Shown here: positions 20,762 to 30,902 of the stretch, piece after piece
Layout of the letters: each line of letters starts with the position of its first letter
Position numbering within the stretch: position 1 is the first letter of the stretch
Assembly (NCBI GenBank): GCA_964012435.1
Contig: CAXGSM010000009.1
Location: 1-51,471, forward strand
DNA from: an uncultured bacterium
Lineage (GTDB): Bacteria > UBP7 > UBA6624
Length of the DNA: 51,471 nt
Reading direction: 5' to 3'
Translations under genes and position numbers: made by a program
Notes under the pieces: generated by a model
Told to the model about the DNA's origin: nothing
The model's database searches: none
What the model saw: the letters and a program-made list of their open reading frames with translations, nothing else

Positions 20762-20885
20762 GTTTAGTAAACCTTTCAATCGTATATCAAAATAAGGGAA
20801 AATAAATCAAAAAAGTTGGTTTTTAATTTTTTATAAAAAAATTATAGAATAAACAATAAGCATTAAATAAAAATATGGAGGTCTC

Positions 20886-22055
20886 ATGACTAAAACAACC
20901 CTAACAGTAATAAAAGCAGACATAGGAGGTTTTGTAGGACATTCTGCAATTCATCCAGACTTAATAGTAAAAGCAGAGGAGGAACTTCAATCCTCAAAAG
21001 ACAAAGGCCAAATCAAAGATTTTAGAGTTTTATGGGTAGGAGATGATATGGCTTTGGTGATGACACATGATAAAGGTACAAATTCACAAGAAATTCATAA
21101 GCTTGGCTGGGATACATTTGTAGAAGGTACAAAAGTTGCAAAAAAACTAAAACTTTATGGTGCAGGCCAAGACCTTTTGTCTGAAGGATTTTCAGGAAAC
21201 ATTAAAGGAATGGGTCCTGGATGTGCTGAAATGGAATTTGAAGAAAGGACCAGTGAACCTTTTATTGTTTTTCTTGCAGATAAAACTAGCCCTGGAGCGT
21301 GGAATTTTCCTGCTTACAAAATGTTTGCAGACCCATTTAACAGCCCTGGTTTAGTTATTGATGAAAACATGCATGGTGGATTCGAATTTGACATAATGGA
21401 TGTAAAAAACAACAAAACAATAACCTTAAAGGCTCCTGAAGAGTCATACAAGATACTTGCCTTCATAGGCGCTGTAGAAACATATGTAATCAAAAACATA
21501 AGAAGAAGAGATGACAAGATGCCATGTGCAACAATGTCAACAGATAAACTTTCATTGCTAGCAGGTAAATACATTGGAAAAGATGATCCTGCAATGATTA
21601 TTAGATGTCAATCTGGATTGCCAGCAGTTGGAGAGGTTACAAACCCATTTGCTTTTCCGCACTTGGTTCCTGGATGGATGAGAGGCTCTCATACTGGACC
21701 AATGATGCCATGCTCTTTTGCAGATTCAAACCCAAGTAGGTTTGATGGACCACCAAGAGTGATAGGTGCTGGTTTTCAAATTGCTGAAGGAATGCTAGTA
21801 GGACCAAGGGATATGTTTAATGATCCTGGTTTCGATAATGCTAGACAGAAAGCAAATGATGTTGCTGACTACATGAGGATGCATGGTCCGTTTGAACCAC
21901 ATAGACTTCCACCAGATCAAATGGAATATACAACTTTACCCAAGATACAAAAAGAAGTAAAAGAAAGATGGATGGAAAATAAGGATGGGCCAAGCACTAA
22001 AGATTTGGCTGATCAACATGCTTACCAGGCAACAAAAGATGACGAGCTTGAATAA
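20886..22055 (+). CDS. fbp: Bifunctional fructose-1,6-bisphosphate aldolase/phosphatase (class V FBPase)
   Basis: KADIGGFVGH, GDD, LYGAGQDLL, GN.KGMGPG, DKT.PGAWN, YIGKDDP, GWMRGSH.GP, RFDGPPRV, GPFEPHRL, MEYT; SD GGAGG. Confidence 0.97.
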   Translation: MTKTTLTVIKADIGGFVGHSAIHPDLIVKAEEELQSSKDKGQIKDFRVLWVGDDMALVMTHDKGTNSQEIHKLGWDTFVEGTKVAKKLKLYGAGQDLLSEGFSGNIKGMGPGCAEMEFEERTSEPFIVFLADKTSPGAWNFPAYKMFADPFNSPGLVIDENMHGGFEFDIMDVKNNKTITLKAPEESYKILAFIGAVETYVIKNIRRRDDKMPCATMSTDKLSLLAGKYIGKDDPAMIIRCQSGLPAVGEVTNPFAFPHLVPGWMRGSHTGPMMPCSFADSNPSRFDGPPRVIGAGFQIAEGMLVGPRDMFNDPGFDNARQKANDVADYMRMHGPFEPHRLPPDQMEYTTLPKIQKEVKERWMENKDGPSTKDLADQHAYQATKDDELE

Positions 22056-22158
22056 AAAATTTGACTAAAAAATATTTAATAATAGCATTAACTATCTTTG
22101 TCGCACTTTTGGCATTTGTCAAAACCGCTATATATTTTATTTCAGTGTCTTCAAGATC

Positions 22159-22572
22159 ATGAAAAAAATATTTTTAGCTATTTTTCTTATTGGCACAACT
22201 TCATGCATTGCAGAAAAAACAACTGTTGGAAAGATATGCACAAAAATTAAAACAAATCCTAATTTGGTTGAAGAATATAAAAAAGGCAAGAAATTCAAGC
22301 TTCCATTGTTCTTCTTTGATGTGAGCTTTCTGCCTGAAGAAAGCCAACAATGGGTTGGAAAAGACCCTACCGGAAAAGCTTATGCAAGAGTGACCATGAG
22401 CAATAAAGAAGGTCAAAAAATAGGCCAAGAATGCATCAGCAGCTATGAAGCAAAATGTACTTTTTACATTCAGGGTTTTTTTGACGAGCATCTAAATGAG
22501 CCATACGGCTACGGAAATAATTGTGAAATCAGGCTTCGGAAAGTGAAAGTTTTAAACAAGATAAAAAAATGA
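22159..22572 (+). CDS. Hypothetical lipoprotein
   Basis: MKKIFLAIFLIGTTS-C lipobox-like signal; several further Cys. Confidence 0.7.
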   Translation: MKKIFLAIFLIGTTSCIAEKTTVGKICTKIKTNPNLVEEYKKGKKFKLPLFFFDVSFLPEESQQWVGKDPTGKAYARVTMSNKEGQKIGQECISSYEAKCTFYIQGFFDEHLNEPYGYGNNCEIRLRKVKVLNKIKK

Positions 22573-22703
22573 TAAATAAAAGTTGGCTCTGCTGGCTGCT
22601 CTTTGTCATTATTTGGAATTACGGCTGGCCAGAAGTTAACCCAATCTGGGATGTAGTTGTTGCAGTTTTTTTATCCTTGTCCCTTGCTTGCTATAAAAAA
22701 TAA
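22569..22703 (+). CDS. Small (44 aa) two-helix membrane protein
   Basis: Not in the track. ATGA overlap with the upstream stop; MINKSWLCWLLFVIIWNYGWPEVNPIWDVVVAVFLSLSLACYKK; stop abuts the convergent gene. Confidence 0.65.
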   Translation: MINKSWLCWLLFVIIWNYGWPEVNPIWDVVVAVFLSLSLACYKK

Positions 22704-23528
22704 CTAAGAGATAGGGGTGATCTCAAAAAACAAATTAAAATCTGCAACTCTGTTTACTGATAAGTCCTCAGAAAAACCAACTTTTAAAAAATGTTCACCC
22801 ATTCTAAAACGAGCAGAAAGATACAATTCAGTAATCTGACCTTCTAAAGTCTTGCTAGAAGGGCCTTTCCAAAGATTTGTAGATGAAACAATTCCAAAAT
22901 TAAAAATATTTTCGTGAATCTTTTTTTCCCGAAAAGCTGAAAAGGCAAAAAATCCAGTTCCTTCAGTTTTGTCAATGTCAAGACCACCAAACCACCCTCC
23001 CCCATATTCACCAAGCCATTTACCATACTTATATTTTTTATAAATCGCAAAACTTGGATCTGAATAAAGATTCAAAGGCCCAACACCAGGCGCAAATACA
23101 GCTTTCAAAACTAAATCTTTTTCAATGTCTTTTGACACTCTAAGAGGACTTATGCCAAAACCGGAATCAGTAACTTGCCATAAAACATTTCCATCATCCT
23201 CAAAACTCATTGAAACTTGATTTTCTGGCATATTAGGCCGATCACCTAAAGGTAGATTCCAAAAATCATGCCAAGAATCGATTGAAGAATCCATAAAGCC
23301 ACCACCAAGATAATATAAATCTGTAACGACTTTGTATCCATTTTTATAAAAGCTAAAAGGTTCAGAAATCGAAGTGACTTCGCCATCCATATAAATTCCG
23401 TCCCCAACATTTGCATACGAGGCTATAGATAATCTTTCCTCAACCCTATCCCAATCTGGAATAGAAGGAGTTGGGAGCGAACCCCAAAAGGGATGTGAAA
23501 AAGGAATTAAAGCTAATATAAAAATCAT
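22704..23528 (-). CDS. DUF3187-like putative outer-membrane protein
   Basis: GGGFMDSSIDSWHDFWNLPLGDR and C-terminal GFSEDL...DF resemble the DUF3187 signature (by-eye recognition). Confidence 0.6.
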   Translation of the reverse strand: MIFILALIPFSHPFWGSLPTPSIPDWDRVEERLSIASYANVGDGIYMDGEVTSISEPFSFYKNGYKVVTDLYYLGGGFMDSSIDSWHDFWNLPLGDRPNMPENQVSMSFEDDGNVLWQVTDSGFGISPLRVSKDIEKDLVLKAVFAPGVGPLNLYSDPSFAIYKKYKYGKWLGEYGGGWFGGLDIDKTEGTGFFAFSAFREKKIHENIFNFGIVSSTNLWKGPSSKTLEGQITELYLSARFRMGEHFLKVGFSEDLSVNRVADFNLFFEITPIS

Positions 23529-24274
23529 TTTCTAATTATCAAGTTAACTCCATTATCAAAACCCCAAGACTCTAAAGCCTTTCTCCATTTTTGATCTTGT
23601 TCTTTTGCTAGGGATATGACAAGATTTACATTTTCACCGGCAAGTGAAAGCATTTCTGCTTCCTTCAGTCCAGGCCAATCAAAATTGTCTTCTGCATCAT
23701 TGCATTCACCATGAATAACAACCTCATCGAATAACCATGTCATCAAAGAAACCGCTATCAAATCCCACTCAAAATTGCAAACTGCCCTTATTGGAATGTT
23801 TATTTCAAGCTTTTTCAAAATCATTAAAAGACTAGGGAATTTTTCAATATCATTAATTTGCACGTCCATCCAAATTGCACCTTTGTCGTAAAAATCTGTT
23901 ATTTTGCTTTCTGGATTTTCATTATTGGTGCTATTAAATTCATGCATAAGAATATGTTTAGTTGGATTTTCTAGAAATGAAACTCCCCAGTTTGGATTGA
24001 TATTTAGACCTTTGTGAGAAAACCACCTTTCAAGAATCTCTAATTTCAAAGAAATAATATTCGATTCTGGCCTAAGGTCATAATCCCAACCTTCTCCCCA
24101 TATGGAAGAGTACTGTTCATTTAATAATTCATGAATCTCCTTATGCGCTTTTGCCAATTCTTCAATCTCTACAGCGATAAGGTCTGAAGCGATAGGTTCA
24201 GATAGAGATATTTGCAATCTTGAAGGAAAATCACCATCAAGAACTTTTTGCCAGTATTTTCTTTTAATTTTCAT
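23525..24274 (-). CDS. Hypothetical protein
   Basis: 249-aa ORF, ATGA-coupled to the downstream gene; no motif confidently recognised. Confidence 0.75.
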   Translation of the reverse strand: MKIKRKYWQKVLDGDFPSRLQISLSEPIASDLIAVEIEELAKAHKEIHELLNEQYSSIWGEGWDYDLRPESNIISLKLEILERWFSHKGLNINPNWGVSFLENPTKHILMHEFNSTNNENPESKITDFYDKGAIWMDVQINDIEKFPSLLMILKKLEINIPIRAVCNFEWDLIAVSLMTWLFDEVVIHGECNDAEDNFDWPGLKEAEMLSLAGENVNLVISLAKEQDQKWRKALESWGFDNGVNLIIRK

Positions 24275-24304
24275 TTATCTAAAAAACAGAATTAAAATTT
24301 TATT

Positions 24305-25036
24305 ATGCTTTTTGACACACATTGCCATTTAGACGCAAAACAGTTTAAAAATAACATAAATGAAATTGTCAATAATGCAAAAAAAAACAATGTCAGCAAA
24401 ATTCTAATACCTGCAATCAAGCCAGGATTGCCAAACATAAAAATAAAAAATGTATTTTTGGCAACAGGGTCTCATCCGTATCATTCAAATGAAACAATTA
24501 AAAATAAACAAAAAATTATTGATGGTTTAGAGGATGCAGTGGCTATTGGCGAGACTGGTTTAGATTTTTTCAAATGCCCCATAGAAAAAAAAATCCAAAT
24601 TGAATCCCTTGAATTTCAATGTGAATTAGCAGTCAAGACGAGTATGCCAATTATTCTGCATGAAAGAAACAGTTTTTCTGAATTAATTGAAATTATTAGA
24701 AAATACCCTGACATAACAGGTGTTTTCCATGCATTTCATCACTCAGAAAAAGAATTAAAAACAATAATTGATTTAAATTTTTATGTTGGATTAGGAGGGA
24801 TGGTCACTTATAAAAAAAATAACATATTGAGAGAAGCGGTTAAAAAAGCTCCACTAGAAAGATTTGTGCTTGAAACTGATTCTCCTTATTTGGCTCCACA
24901 AACCAAAAGAGGACAAGTTAATCAGCCTGCTAATCTTCTCGATATTGCCAAACGCATATCATTGATTAAAAATAAAACTTTAAATGAGATTTCCTTGCTA
25001 ACAACTGAAAATGCTAATAGACTATTCAAATTATGA
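24305..25036 (+). CDS. tatD: TatD-family nuclease
   Basis: DTHCHL, AIGETGLD, ILHER, VFHAF, LETDSPYLAP. Confidence 0.95.
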   Translation: MLFDTHCHLDAKQFKNNINEIVNNAKKNNVSKILIPAIKPGLPNIKIKNVFLATGSHPYHSNETIKNKQKIIDGLEDAVAIGETGLDFFKCPIEKKIQIESLEFQCELAVKTSMPIILHERNSFSELIEIIRKYPDITGVFHAFHHSEKELKTIIDLNFYVGLGGMVTYKKNNILREAVKKAPLERFVLETDSPYLAPQTKRGQVNQPANLLDIAKRISLIKNKTLNEISLLTTENANRLFKL

Positions 25037-25488
25037 AAAAAATGTGGCTTGTATGTTTTGTGACTTTTGTAATCGACACCCTAACAAAACAATTTGCATG
25101 GAGGCAATTTACACCACATGGCATGAGCTACCCCTTTAAAGAAGGTTCGGATTTTAACTTCGTCATCGTTAAGAATGAAGGGTTGATGCTTGGTTTTCTT
25201 TCAGGCAATCAAGCATTTGTTGTATTTGTCATGGCGTTTGCTGTTTATAGTCTTTACAACTTCCTGACAGAAGAAAAGTTTCTCAGCAAGAAAACCTACT
25301 TGATACTTCCAGCAGGCTTGATATTGGGTGGCGCTTTGGGTAATCTTGTAGACAGGATGACCAGAGGTTTTGTTATAGACTTCATTTCAATAGGGGATTG
25401 GCCTGTTTTCAATATAGCAGATGCTGCTGTAGTAACTGGAATAATACTAATGATTATTCCTGAAAGCTTACGGAACAATAGAGGTTAA
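25033..25488 (+). CDS. lspA: Lipoprotein signal peptidase II
   Basis: D..TK, N.G, GGALGNLVDR, VIDFI, WPVFNIAD. Confidence 0.95.
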   Translation: MKKMWLVCFVTFVIDTLTKQFAWRQFTPHGMSYPFKEGSDFNFVIVKNEGLMLGFLSGNQAFVVFVMAFAVYSLYNFLTEEKFLSKKTYLILPAGLILGGALGNLVDRMTRGFVIDFISIGDWPVFNIADAAVVTGIILMIIPESLRNNRG

Positions 25489-27120
25489 GTAAGATAGACT
25501 TTCTGCAAGCCTAGCAGTCGCAGGGCCATAAATATCAACCATAGCCTTTGGATTTAATCCATAATAAAGTATAAAGAACATAACAGGAGCTATTGCCCAA
25601 ACTTCCCATTTTTTCATATCTTGCAAATCTTTCCACTTTTCATTCAAGGGCCCCATGAATATTCTTTGGATCATCAAAAGCATATATGCAGCTGTGATAA
25701 CGATTGTCACAACCCCAAAAGCTGCTAAAACTCTAAAGAAATTCATGCCTTCAAATATACCTGAAGAAACAATCCAGTCAAACTTGCTAAAGGCAGCAAC
25801 AAAAGCCATAAACTCTCCCCAGAATCCTGAAAGTCCTGGAAGCCCCAAATTTGCCATACCAACAAATATCCAAATGGTAAAATATTTTGGAACAATACTT
25901 CCAAGCCCACCATATGCCATTAAATCTCTATTGTGAGTTCGTTCGTAAACTACACCCACCATATGGAACATACAAGCACTTATCAAACCATGACTTACCA
26001 TTATGAACATACCTGCTGATAAACCAAGCTCCGAGGCTGTTGAGAAAGCAAAAATCAAATAGCCCATATGTGATATAGAAGAGTATGCAACCATGCTTTT
26101 CCAATCTTTTTGAGCCATAGCCGCTAAAGCTGCATAAACCATACTGACAACACCAACAATTGCCATTAAAGGCACAGCAATTCCGTCAGTATCATGAATA
26201 GCACCATTAGTAGCGGGAAGCAAAATCCTTATAAAGCCATATGTTCCCATTTTTAACAAAACAGCAGCAAGCATCATTGAAATTGGCGTTGGGGCTTGAA
26301 CGTGAGCATCAGGAAGCCAGGTGTGAAATGGAACTATAGGAACTTTTATACCAAAACCGATAAAGAATAATAAAAATAATGAAGTCTGCGTGACTAAGCC
26401 AGGCCCATCTACCGGAATATTATTTGCAAAAAAAGTTGTTAATTCTGATATGCCAAAAGATCTAACTGGTGAAGCCCAGAACATAACTAGTATACCTATA
26501 AGGACAGCAACAGAGCCAGCCAAGGTGTAAAGGAAAAGCTTAATTGCTGCATATACTCTGTTTTTTCCACCCCATATACCAATTAAAAAATACATTGGCA
26601 ACAACATCAATTCCCAAAATACAAAAAACATAAAAAAGTCTCTTGCAACCAGGACTCCCAGAAGTGAAGTTTCAAGCAGCAGAAAAAGAACAACATACAA
26701 TTGCAACCTTTCTTTTATTGAGTTGCTTGAAATTGCAGCAGATATAGAAACAAAAGTAGTCAAAACAATCAAAGCCAAAGATATACCGTCTATGCCCATA
26801 TACCATGCTACACCTGGACCATTACCCATTCCTATTTCAGGAAACCAAGGTGCTAAATAGCCTAACTTAAAACCAAAAGGATCAGGAAAAGCTTCCCCGA
26901 GTTCAGCAATAAACTTTTCGGCATTTGATGATGAAAAAAGATTCCAAACACGCAAAGACCACAAAAAAGTGACCGATGCTGTTCCTATCATCACCATGCG
27001 CAATTTGTTTTCACCTTTAACAAAACATGCAATAAGAGCACCAAGCAAAGGTAAGAACAACAAGATGTTCAAAGGTTGGCTCCAGAATGACAAAAGAATA
27101 AAATTATTTAATACAGTCAT
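25468..27120 (-). CDS. nuoM: NADH-quinone oxidoreductase subunit M
   Basis: GIDGIS, FFVFWE.ML.PMYFLIGIWG, PFHTWLPDAHVQAPT, LLKMGTYG, AYSSISHMG. Confidence 0.95.
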   Translation of the reverse strand: MTVLNNFILLSFWSQPLNILLFLPLLGALIACFVKGENKLRMVMIGTASVTFLWSLRVWNLFSSSNAEKFIAELGEAFPDPFGFKLGYLAPWFPEIGMGNGPGVAWYMGIDGISLALIVLTTFVSISAAISSNSIKERLQLYVVLFLLLETSLLGVLVARDFFMFFVFWELMLLPMYFLIGIWGGKNRVYAAIKLFLYTLAGSVAVLIGILVMFWASPVRSFGISELTTFFANNIPVDGPGLVTQTSLFLLFFIGFGIKVPIVPFHTWLPDAHVQAPTPISMMLAAVLLKMGTYGFIRILLPATNGAIHDTDGIAVPLMAIVGVVSMVYAALAAMAQKDWKSMVAYSSISHMGYLIFAFSTASELGLSAGMFIMVSHGLISACMFHMVGVVYERTHNRDLMAYGGLGSIVPKYFTIWIFVGMANLGLPGLSGFWGEFMAFVAAFSKFDWIVSSGIFEGMNFFRVLAAFGVVTIVITAAYMLLMIQRIFMGPLNEKWKDLQDMKKWEVWAIAPVMFFILYYGLNPKAMVDIYGPATARLAESLSYLTSIVP

Positions 27121-27130
27121 AAGACATCTC

Positions 27131-29149
27131 CTAAGAAACCCAATATCCTTGGGTCAATAAAATTAAAGCTAACATAATCAGAATCATGAAAAGATAACCA
27201 GAAATAAAACCAGTCTGATACATTTTCATAAATTTATGTCCAGCTTTCGTTAAGCTACCAAACATATTAACAATACCGTCAATAATATATTTATCAATAA
27301 ATGCAGATGCTGAAGACATCTTGTCCCCAAAACCTGCTACACGGTTAACGATACCGTCAATAACATTCTTATCGAACCAGGCAACCTGTTCCGCCAAGTA
27401 TGCTCCTGGCTTAACAAAAGACCATTGCAAAGCCTCATCTACATAAAGTCTTTTTGAGAGGGCCTTCCATAAAACTGGATTTTTCTCTTCAAAAAATCCA
27501 AGTTCAATTTTTGGCATATTTGACTTACTCAAAAACATCTTTTTTGCAAGCAGTATCGCAATAACGGCTAAAACAGTAGAGGTTAATGCTACTTGTAAAT
27601 TTAATCCATGATGTGGGTGAGGGTCTATAAACAAAGCTGCCCAAGATCCATGCTTTCCGGGAACACCTACAAAGGAAGGTATCAAACACATACTTGCTAG
27701 GAAAATCATTGGACCAGTCATTATTGAAGGTGATTCATGAGGATGGCCATGCCCTCTGTACTTTCCAAAAAAAGTCAAATAAACAACTCTAAACATATAA
27801 AAAGCAGTAAAGAAAGCGGCTATAGATAACATGATATAAGGAAGCCAGCCATCACCATGCTCTCCGTAATAATAGGCTGTCAAAAGAATTTCATCCTTGC
27901 TGAAAAATCCAGAAAATGGAGGAATTCCAGAAAGCGCTAATGTCCCTACAAGGAATACCATAAAAGTTTTTGGCATATATTTTTTCAAATTACCCATTTC
28001 TCTCATGTCGTTTGTATGAACCCCATGAATAACAGATCCAGCCGCCTGGAATAGAAGAGCTTTGAAAAAAGCGTGTGTAAAAAGATGGAATATTCCTGCC
28101 GCAACACTTCCTGTTCCAAGCCCAGCAACCATAAACCCAAGCTGACTTATTGTTGAATATGCTAGAACTCTTTTTATATCCCATCTTGCAATTGCTATAC
28201 AGGCTGCAAAAAGAGCAGTAAAGGCTCCAATGTGAGAAACAACTGAAGAAGCCATATCTCCTGAAAAAATAGGATGCAATCTTGCTATCAGATAAACACC
28301 TGCTGCTACCATTGTTGCAGCATGAATTAAAGAAGAAGCAGGGGTTGGGCCTTCCATAGCATCTGGAAGCCAGACATGTAGAAAAAACTGAGCGCTTTTA
28401 CCCATTGCACCGCCGAAAATAAGCAAGGCGGCTACTCCAATTATGCCATTTGTATCGTGTGATGAAGCGAATTCAAGTATTTTTGGAATATCAAAAGTTC
28501 CTGTAACTCCATACAAAGTCAAAACCCCGAGAAAAAGTGATAAATCTCCAACTTTTGTAGTTAAAAAAGCTTTTTTTGCAGCGACAGCAGCACTTTCTTT
28601 ATCGAACCAAAAACCTATCAAGAGATAACTCGCAAGACCCATCAGTTCCCATCCAATAAAAGCTAAAATTAAATTATTAGCTAAAACCATTATCAACATC
28701 GCTGCAGTAAAGATTGACAAATATCCATAATACCTGGGAAGATTCTTTTCTTCATGTTGGTAATATTTTCCAGCATAATCCATATAGCCAAAAGAATAAA
28801 TATGAACGCATACACTAACCAAGGTCACAACCAATAACATCATTAAAGTGAATCCATCCGCTGAAAAACTTAAATCAATAGAATCGCTACCACCTAATGG
28901 AAGCCAATTTGGCAAGCTCCAATTAAAAGTAATTGGATGGTGGTTTGCTGTCCAAAACGAACCGTCTTGATCTTTAATCGGGCCACCCTTTTTAACCGCT
29001 TCAAAGAAAAGCATTAAGGAGAAAATGGAAGAGGCTATGATTGCTGCAGTTGCAATAAATGCAGATTTTCTTTTCCATAACTTTGTTAACGGAGCTATTA
29101 AAGCAAATGCCAATAAAGGCAGCAATGGAATTAAAATTAAATAAATCAT
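27131..29149 (-). CDS. nuoL: NADH-quinone oxidoreductase subunit L
   Basis: WE.MGL.SYLLIGFW, GKSAQF.LHVWLPDAMEGPTP, HAATMV.AGVYL, LAYSTISQLG, THAFFKALLF. Confidence 0.97.
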   Translation of the reverse strand: MIYLILIPLLPLLAFALIAPLTKLWKRKSAFIATAAIIASSIFSLMLFFEAVKKGGPIKDQDGSFWTANHHPITFNWSLPNWLPLGGSDSIDLSFSADGFTLMMLLVVTLVSVCVHIYSFGYMDYAGKYYQHEEKNLPRYYGYLSIFTAAMLIMVLANNLILAFIGWELMGLASYLLIGFWFDKESAAVAAKKAFLTTKVGDLSLFLGVLTLYGVTGTFDIPKILEFASSHDTNGIIGVAALLIFGGAMGKSAQFFLHVWLPDAMEGPTPASSLIHAATMVAAGVYLIARLHPIFSGDMASSVVSHIGAFTALFAACIAIARWDIKRVLAYSTISQLGFMVAGLGTGSVAAGIFHLFTHAFFKALLFQAAGSVIHGVHTNDMREMGNLKKYMPKTFMVFLVGTLALSGIPPFSGFFSKDEILLTAYYYGEHGDGWLPYIMLSIAAFFTAFYMFRVVYLTFFGKYRGHGHPHESPSIMTGPMIFLASMCLIPSFVGVPGKHGSWAALFIDPHPHHGLNLQVALTSTVLAVIAILLAKKMFLSKSNMPKIELGFFEEKNPVLWKALSKRLYVDEALQWSFVKPGAYLAEQVAWFDKNVIDGIVNRVAGFGDKMSSASAFIDKYIIDGIVNMFGSLTKAGHKFMKMYQTGFISGYLFMILIMLALILLTQGYWVS

Positions 29150-29586
29150 CCTTTCAATAAATCAAAATCATCTGCTTGAGTTGTTCCAAGAGATTTGTAA
29201 ATGTGATAAACAAGCGCCAAACCTATAGCCGCCTCTGCAACAGCAATTGTTAAAGAAAATATTACAAAAATTTGACCAACAGGAACATAAACCCAAAAAT
29301 CATCACCTGTAGAAACAAACGGAGGTCTCATGGAGGCTAAACCCCATTGCCTACTGAAGGCAACAAGCATAAGATTAACTGCATTTAACATTACCTCCAT
29401 ACACATAAGAATACTTATTAAATGTTTTCGAGTAACGACACCATAAGCACCAAGGCCAAATAGAATCATGGCCAAAAAAAGATAAGCATTTACAGGAACA
29501 GCTGGTCCGTAAAAATGACAATTTCCTATATTTTCAATAGTACATTGTTGCCCTGAAAAAACATCATTCAAAAAGAGGTTAAGCAT
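29146..29586 (-). CDS. nuoK: NADH-quinone oxidoreductase subunit K (extended)
   Basis: LF.LG.YG, MEVMLNAVNL, GQIF, AVAEAAIGLA, C-terminal LKG. Confidence 0.95.
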   Translation of the reverse strand: MLNLFLNDVFSGQQCTIENIGNCHFYGPAVPVNAYLFLAMILFGLGAYGVVTRKHLISILMCMEVMLNAVNLMLVAFSRQWGLASMRPPFVSTGDDFWVYVPVGQIFVIFSLTIAVAEAAIGLALVYHIYKSLGTTQADDFDLLKG

Positions 29587-30181
29587 CTGCGTCTCCTTTC
29601 TTTTCGGGTTTCATATATATAACAACACCAACCATCGCAACCAGCAAAACAATACTTGCTAGCTCAAAGATCAAGAGATATGGTTTCATTAAACCATCAC
29701 CTATTGCCTCGACTGGAACAGTTCTGTTCAAAATTTGTGGCAATGTTTTAATTGTTGCTATTTCGGAATATCTTTCCCAATGATTGGCAGCTAAATTACG
29801 ATTAGCGTCAGGCCATTGAACTTTCCAAAATTGAATACCTATCCATAGGGATAAACCCATTATTGAAGAAAATGCCCAGAAACTTTGCTTATTTCTGTTT
29901 ACATATTCAACACCCCTTTCCTCTCCTCTTGTAAGAAGGATTGAAAACAATATCAATACAATGATTCCACCAACATAAAGCAATATTTGAACTATTCCTA
30001 GAAAATCAGCATTCAAGGTTATGTAAAGAGCTCCTGTTCCAACAAGGCTCAATGCTAGGAAAACGGCATTGTAAACAATCTTTCTATGAAAAACTACACC
30101 AAGAGCCATCACCAAGGTAAACAAACCAAAAAAAGAAAACCAAATCCATGGCACGTAAGGAGTCAAATCAAAATTAGTCAT
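29579..30181 (-). CDS. nuoJ: NADH-quinone oxidoreductase subunit J
   Basis: LNADFLGIVQILLYVGGI.VL.LF, FELASIVLLVAMVG. Confidence 0.95.
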   Translation of the reverse strand: MTNFDLTPYVPWIWFSFFGLFTLVMALGVVFHRKIVYNAVFLALSLVGTGALYITLNADFLGIVQILLYVGGIIVLILFSILLTRGEERGVEYVNRNKQSFWAFSSIMGLSLWIGIQFWKVQWPDANRNLAANHWERYSEIATIKTLPQILNRTVPVEAIGDGLMKPYLLIFELASIVLLVAMVGVVIYMKPEKKGDADA

Positions 30182-30902
30182 CTAGCTCTGGTATCTCATA
30201 ATCCTTATCATCGATTTCTTCAACATCTTCTTCAACTACATGCAATGCATCTTCATCCATTGGCTCATAATCCAAATAAGAATCTTCCTCAAATATTTTT
30301 TTATTTTTAAAATAACCAAGACTGTCTGCAAAATCTCCAGGAGAGCTAGAATCAAAAAGTTCAGGATAAACTGAAGATTCAAAAGCAACCAAGTCTTCCA
30401 AATTAAAAACCAAAGACTCATTGTCGTCATGGCTGAAAGCATCGGTTCTTTGATATGTAGCTGTTTCAAAATCTCTAGACATTCTTATTGCATCACTTGG
30501 ACATATATCAACACAGAAACCACAATTATGACAAGCAGCATAATTTAAAGTGTAAACTCTTGGCCTCTTGTCTCTACCTTTTCCTTCAGGCAAGACCTCG
30601 ATAAGGTTATCTGGGCAGGCTTGAGCACATAATTGACAAGCATCACAACGCATCCTTCCTTTCTCGTCAATCATCTGTACAAATCTGCCTTTCCATCTAT
30701 GGCCCATCTCTCTATCTTCACCTGGATATTCAAGAGTATCATTTTGTTCAAAATTTCTCAAAAATTTCTCAAAAACTAATCGCAAACCTGAAACAATACC
30801 AGTTGCTCCTGACCTAACAACAACAAAAGCAAAAAAGACCAATATACAAAACATTAAAACAGTAATTACTGTTGAAATATTGCTAATACTCTCTAACTGC
30901 AT
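30174..30902 (-). CDS. nuoI: NADH-quinone oxidoreductase subunit I with N-terminal TM segment and acidic tail
   Basis: T.EYP; two 4Fe-4S motifs CDACQLCAQACP and CHNCGFCVDICP. Confidence 0.92.
   Translation of the reverse strand: MQLESISNISTVITVLMFCILVFFAFVVVRSGATGIVSGLRLVFEKFLRNFEQNDTLEYPGEDREMGHRWKGRFVQMIDEKGRMRCDACQLCAQACPDNLIEVLPEGKGRDKRPRVYTLNYAACHNCGFCVDICPSDAIRMSRDFETATYQRTDAFSHDDNESLVFNLEDLVAFESSVYPELFDSSSPGDFADSLGYFKNKKIFEEDSYLDYEPMDEDALHVVEEDVEEIDDKDYEIPELDD

Noticed and set aside
22107..22124. Imperfect palindrome TTTTGGCA-TT-TGTCAAAA after fbp
   Set aside because: The loop is too short for a terminator and there is a single copy, so it cannot be assigned as an operator.
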